Shown here piece after piece: positions 38,501 to 41,547 of a stretch of DNA of 41,547 bases; positions within the stretch are counted from its first letter, which is position 1, and each line of letters begins with the position of its first letter. The stretch lies in the NCBI GenBank assembly GCA_016871215.1, contig VFZK01000003.1, forward strand, positions 1 through 41,547, read 5' to 3'. The stretch comes from Acidimicrobiia bacterium (GTDB taxonomy: Bacteria > Acidobacteriota > Terriglobia > Versatilivoradales > Versatilivoraceae). Both the position numbers and the translations under genes were made by a program. The notes beneath the pieces were generated by a model. That model was not told where the DNA came from and did no database searches. It saw only the letters and a program-made list of their open reading frames with translations.

Positions 38501-38859
38501 CTTTTGACTACGGCGATCCCAGCGTGTCGAATGGAGACCGCCAGAGCACCGTGGTCGCGCCACAGGCATTATTCATGATGAACAGCGCGCTCGTTCTGCG
38601 GCAGACGCAGAAGATGGCTGAGCGCCTGCTTGCTCGCGCAGAGCTGGATGACCGCGGCCGCCTCGAGCGCGCCTATTGGCTCGCGTTTGGCCGCAGGCCC
38701 GCTGAACGTGAGGTGAACCGGGCCCTGGCGTTTCTCGGACGCCTGAAAGCTTCGATGGGAAACGACGCTCCGGCAGATGGGGAGTTGCAGCGTCTGCGCG
38801 CATGGCAAGGCTTGTGTCATGCTCTGGTAGCTTCGAACGAGTTCGTTTACATGGATTAA
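35506..38859 (+). CDS. PSCyt1 + DUF1549 + CBM-like insert + DUF1553 (PSD1) cytochrome c protein
   Basis: Signal peptide; FEKHVRPLLAKHCYACH; FWAFQPP; ARYADSNG; CARCHDHKFDP; HPLTSRVMVNRIW; PQALFMMN; NEFVYMD. Confidence 0.93.
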   Translation: MFCFSRLSYILLIPVFGFVFGLRAGLAAESNGAEYFEKHVRPLLAKHCYACHSGSSQPAPGGLRLDNEVDLHRGGSRGPAVLPGEPQRSLLISAIGYQDESLRMPPAGRLSDDEIAALTSWVKMGAPWGAQPPAGAGKLVPTRTGFWAFQPPAETAVPRVQQSSWPKSPIDRFILAALEAKGLKPAPPANKRTLIRRATFDLTGLPPTPEEAQAFLADASPEAYPRLIDRLLASPRYGEKWGRHWLDVARYADSNGLDENLVYNSAFRYRDYVIDAFNSDMPYDRFIHEQLAGDLLTDGRDEATLYARQTATGFLALGAKMLAEDDPVKMQMDIIDEQLDTMGRAFLALTLGCARCHDHKFDPIPTSDYYSLAGIFKSSKTMENFKVVAKWHEFVLAPKADRDRLEAHNHQIEAKQKQISQLSEPANRQIADQAREQIGAYLLASSDVLRYEVMALPSILGDLETADKPGILTIPAVRFSRGNIDREFKRDADDPNRLVDSKVTPHFAEYEVVLPAGGSYQLEVRRASPQFPTVDVTINGVPAQAGTPPETNRTSSPDAKLWKAIGIFAFRQGLNTIRLEVDGPFPYFDALLVAPSPLATEAVLPKTAAQLAVEYGLNADILSQWADYLRRSKGAPNSAFYAWHAFGTPAYASLDQWTSPVARLFGSTRPSARRALADFYQSLFNRAESAWQAIAPASTRGQETAASAEKPRNAKAERTLDDPALEALRQVLYEEFGPFRVPPKPHRYYSSETRREFERLSNELKTLEASTPQFPHAMGVTEGQVNDLEIHIRGSHLNLGRRMPRRFLTAIAGEDQPPLAAKQSGRLELARWLTQSDHPLTSRVMVNRIWRWHFGKGLVPSTDNFGKLGEPPVNLPLLDWLAREFVRRHWSIKAMHRLIMLSSTYQMSAVSNTKSAEVDPENKLLWRANRRRLDAEEIRDAVIAVGEGLDFAMGGSMLAFKDREYVTGTKNLDSTNYNANRRSVYLPIIRSSLYEVFQAFDYGDPSVSNGDRQSTVVAPQALFMMNSALVLRQTQKMAERLLARAELDDRGRLERAYWLAFGRRPAEREVNRALAFLGRLKASMGNDAPADGELQRLRAWQGLCHALVASNEFVYMD

Positions 38860-38885
38860 GCGGTTAGAAACTGGAGGAGGCGCCC

Positions 38886-40340
38886 ATGAAACCGGCTTCC
38901 GTTCGGCACTGGAATTCTTTCTGGAACCGATCGCTCTCGCGCCGCGAGCTGCTATGGAACAGCAGCGCCGGGTTCGGCGGGCTGGCTCTGGCGGCGCTAT
39001 TGGGCGAAGAGGGCCTGGCGGCCAAAGCCACTGACAGAGCAGCTCGTGCAGCGGATCCGTTGGCGCCTCGTCCGGGCCATTTCGCTTCTCGTGCCAAGCG
39101 CGTCATTTTTCTTTTCATGCACGGGGGCCCCTCGCAGATCGACACCTTTGACTACAAGCCCCTGCTGCAGCGCGACCACGGGAAGCCCCTTCCTTTCAAG
39201 CGTCCCAGAGTGGTTTCATCCGAGACGTTCAACCTTCTCAAGTCCCCTTGGGAGTTCCGGCAGCACGGCGCCAGCGGCATCTGGGTCAGCGAGTTATTCC
39301 CCGAGGTCGCAAAGTGCGTTGACGATCTTTGCATGGTTCATTCGATGCATGGATCCAACTCACGGCATGGCGGCGCCTTGCTGGAGCTGCACACGGGCAG
39401 CGACACGTTCGTGCGCCCCAGCATGGGTTCCTGGATCACCTATGGCCTTGGGACGGAGAACCGGAACATGCCTGGCTTCATCACCATCTGTCCGACGCTG
39501 ACGCACGGCGGAGCGAACAATTGGAGCTCGGCTTTTCTGCCGGCTGCTTTCCAGGGAACACCTGTGGGCAGCGCTGGAGTGTCGTCGAAAGAGGCTCGCA
39601 TTCCCTTTATCGCGAACCCGGAAACTCCGCGCGACCTTCAACGCCTGGAACTCGACTTCGCTCAAGAATTGAATCGAGAACACCTGGCCCGTGCCGGCGC
39701 CGACCAAGCCCTCGAAGGACGCATCGAGTCTTTTGAGCTGGCTTTTCGCATGCAGACGACTGCCCCAGAGCTGCAGAACTTGTCGGGCGAGTCACCCGCA
39801 ACGCTGCGCCTGTACGGCATGGATGACCCGATCACCGAGAACTTTGGACGACAGTGCTTGATGGCTCGCCGTTTCTCGGAGCAAGGCGTCCGGTTCGTTC
39901 AAGTCACCCATAGCTACAAATGGGATCAGCATTCCGATCTGCGAAAGGGCCATCTCGGAAACGCGAGAGAGGTCGACCGGCCGATTGCAGGGCTTCTGAA
40001 GGATCTTAAGGCGAGGGGTCTGCTCAACGACACGCTGGTGTTATGGGGAGGCGAGTTTGGCAGGACACCCACGGCGCAAGGATCCGATGGCCGAGACCAC
40101 AACCCGGAGGGCTTCACCATGTGGCTGGCTGGAGGCGGAGTCAAAGCCGGATTCGCCTATGGCGCCACCGACGACTATGGTTACTATGCCGTCCAAAACA
40201 AAGTCCATTTCCATGACCTTCACGCCACCCTGCTCTACCTGCTCGGCCTCGACCACGAACGCCTGACCTATCGGTATTCCGGCCGTAACTTCCGTCTCAC
40301 TGACATACACGGTCACGTCGTCAAAGACATCCTAGCCTGA
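38886..40340 (+). CDS. DUF1501 domain protein (Tat signal)
   Basis: SRRELL; FMHGGPSQIDTFDYKP, GVRFVQ, WDQH, GEFGRTP, GRDHNP; GGAGGAGG RBS. Confidence 0.93.
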   Translation: MKPASVRHWNSFWNRSLSRRELLWNSSAGFGGLALAALLGEEGLAAKATDRAARAADPLAPRPGHFASRAKRVIFLFMHGGPSQIDTFDYKPLLQRDHGKPLPFKRPRVVSSETFNLLKSPWEFRQHGASGIWVSELFPEVAKCVDDLCMVHSMHGSNSRHGGALLELHTGSDTFVRPSMGSWITYGLGTENRNMPGFITICPTLTHGGANNWSSAFLPAAFQGTPVGSAGVSSKEARIPFIANPETPRDLQRLELDFAQELNREHLARAGADQALEGRIESFELAFRMQTTAPELQNLSGESPATLRLYGMDDPITENFGRQCLMARRFSEQGVRFVQVTHSYKWDQHSDLRKGHLGNAREVDRPIAGLLKDLKARGLLNDTLVLWGGEFGRTPTAQGSDGRDHNPEGFTMWLAGGGVKAGFAYGATDDYGYYAVQNKVHFHDLHATLLYLLGLDHERLTYRYSGRNFRLTDIHGHVVKDILA

Positions 40341-41034
40341 ACTCCGGTCTTTTCAGCCGTTGAGCGGCACCTTCGGGGCGACCGCCTGCCGCTTTCCACT
40401 GTCGAAGCACACCTGATCTGCAAAGGTCCTGGCCGCATGGCGCCGTTGCAGCGTGGTTGGTGAGAGAACCGGGATTCGTCCCTGGCCGCACCTGGCGAGA
40501 CTGGGTCTCAAGGATGCGAACAAGCGGGCACTCAACTGGCTGCCGTCTGTTGGGCGGATTGAGCCACGAGTGCGGAATTTCACCCACGCCGTGCGCCAGT
40601 GACAAGGCGACGGGCGTGGGTAGGCCGGCTTGGGTGTGGCTTCCATGCTGGACAAATGGCCAAATACCCCGTAAAACATGCTGGGGAAATAGGCCATTTT
40701 GAAAGTAAATCTCAGACTGAGGTTTAACTCGTGGGACAACCGTTCGACGGGAAAACGCTGCCAGTGCGGCCTGCGAGCGCTATGCGCCTATTCTGATCGC
40801 CCCCGGCTCCCGAAAAATGTCCAGTATCAAAGCCACACCCGCCGGCTTCTCCAACGATGACTATCCTTTTGTCGAGCCTGAGCGATACTCAGAAATCTAG
40901 CCCTGGTGGTGAGTGAATTGCACTTCGTTGGTAGTGGAAGGGTCGCTGCGGGACGGAGTCGGAACGTCCAGGCAGCCGGATCTCTTGGCAGTACGCCCAA
41001 CAGGCGTATCGAAGGGAAACTGAGGAGTCGAGTC

Positions 41035-41208
41035 ATGGGACAAAAAACCATACCGAGGCAGACTGGACACTATCCATTTGGCAGCAAAAACCGTTTGCGC
41101 CAGACAAGGCTGCGGACCGTGGAGCTGCCAGCGCTCGCGAAATCTTCAATTCAGGCTTTGAGTCGTTTTCCTCACTGGAATCGCTCGAAACCAGTGAAAG
41201 CCCACTAG
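41035..41208 (+). CDS. Possible small basic protein (57 aa)
   Basis: GAGGAG RBS then ATG; no recognisable family. Confidence 0.25.
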   Translation: MGQKTIPRQTGHYPFGSKNRLRQTRLRTVELPALAKSSIQALSRFPHWNRSKPVKAH

Positions 41209-41340
41209 CAAGACCCGTTTGAGAGAAGGCTGGCTCCTTCCACGTGAGCACGCGGCTGGCAAGAACCGCCACTTGTTCGCGAGAAGTCTGAGTTGGGCGG
41301 CTGAAACCAAACGACAAAAACAGTCCCTCCGGAGCACGCT

Positions 41341-41384
41341 ATGTTCCTGCTTACCAAAATCCTCTTACCAATCGACTTCTCTGA
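41341..41384 (+). pseudogene. Universal stress protein N-terminus, interrupted by an insertion
   Basis: GGAG RBS then MFLLTKILLPIDFSE, matching the USP start pattern KILVPVDFSE; the frame then enters IS-like DNA and stops at 41445. Confidence 0.65.
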
Positions 41385-41420
41385 GAGGGTGTTTAAAAAT
41401 CCGATGATAGATTGGAAATC
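41385..41420. mobile_element. Putative IS5-family (IS1031-like) terminal inverted repeat remnant
   Basis: TGA followed by GAGGGTGTTTAAAAAT exactly where USP similarity ends; resembles TNA-targeting IS5-family ends. Confidence 0.4.
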
Positions 41421-41547
41421 GGGTGTGCGACAAATTTGTGGGTGAATTTTAGCTGGCCCGTCGGGATTCCCAGAAGTCTTCCCATAGGTTGCTTAGGTCC
41501 AGACAGCGCAGAGCCGAGATGGCATTGGCGCCGCGCAAGGTCCAGTG
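41421..41547 (-). mobile_element. ISKra4-family IS right end with transposase C-terminus (runs off the window)
   Basis: Minus-strand 41547-41449 reads HWTLRGANAISALRCLDLSNLWEDFWESRRAS*, followed by the terminal repeat ...tttgtcgcacaccc (41421). Confidence 0.75.

Noticed and set aside
40353-40739. 128-aa minus-strand ORF
   Set aside because: No clear RBS or family motifs; composition typical of spurious GC-rich ORFs

Overview
GC-rich bacterial chromosomal window. The gene content (CRTAC1/ASPIC-UnbV, two PSCyt/PSD1 + DUF1501 pairs, bshA/bshB1, several REP-like families) suggests an Acidobacteria-like organism; this is inference. (i) 172-13839: a minus-strand catabolic array (hydantoinase A, MFS, class-III aminotransferase, three amidohydrolases, SSS transporter, an unknown two-repeat protein, CRTAC1), divergent from a GntR/FadR regulator. 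(ii) 14998-26299: carbohydrate-related genes (two Asp-box sialidase-like proteins, an RraA/HMG-aldolase-like protein with a signal peptide, a TIM-barrel isomerase, a degenerate MBL, a CBM9-like protein) around the first cytochrome c-PSD1/DUF1501 pair. (iii) 26415-29310: a disrupted zone (REP array, truncated nfnB, intact nfnA, an internal IS1634 transposase fragment fused to a truncated NYN gene). (iv) 29389-35026: nnr-tsaE-bshB1-bshA, a small membrane protein, a TIM-barrel protein and tRNA-Gly(GCC). (v) 35506-40340: a second PSD1/DUF1501 pair whose cytochrome carries an inserted CBM6/35-like module. (vi) Window end: a universal-stress-protein start interrupted by an apparent IS5-like end, followed by an ISKra4-family element. 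The best candidates for undescribed biology are the heme-c PSD1/DUF1501 modules, possibly glycan-directed, and a 129-bp MITE-like element with 15-bp TIRs and a 16-bp flanking duplication that carries a REP doublet. All family calls come from motif recognition; no database searches were run.
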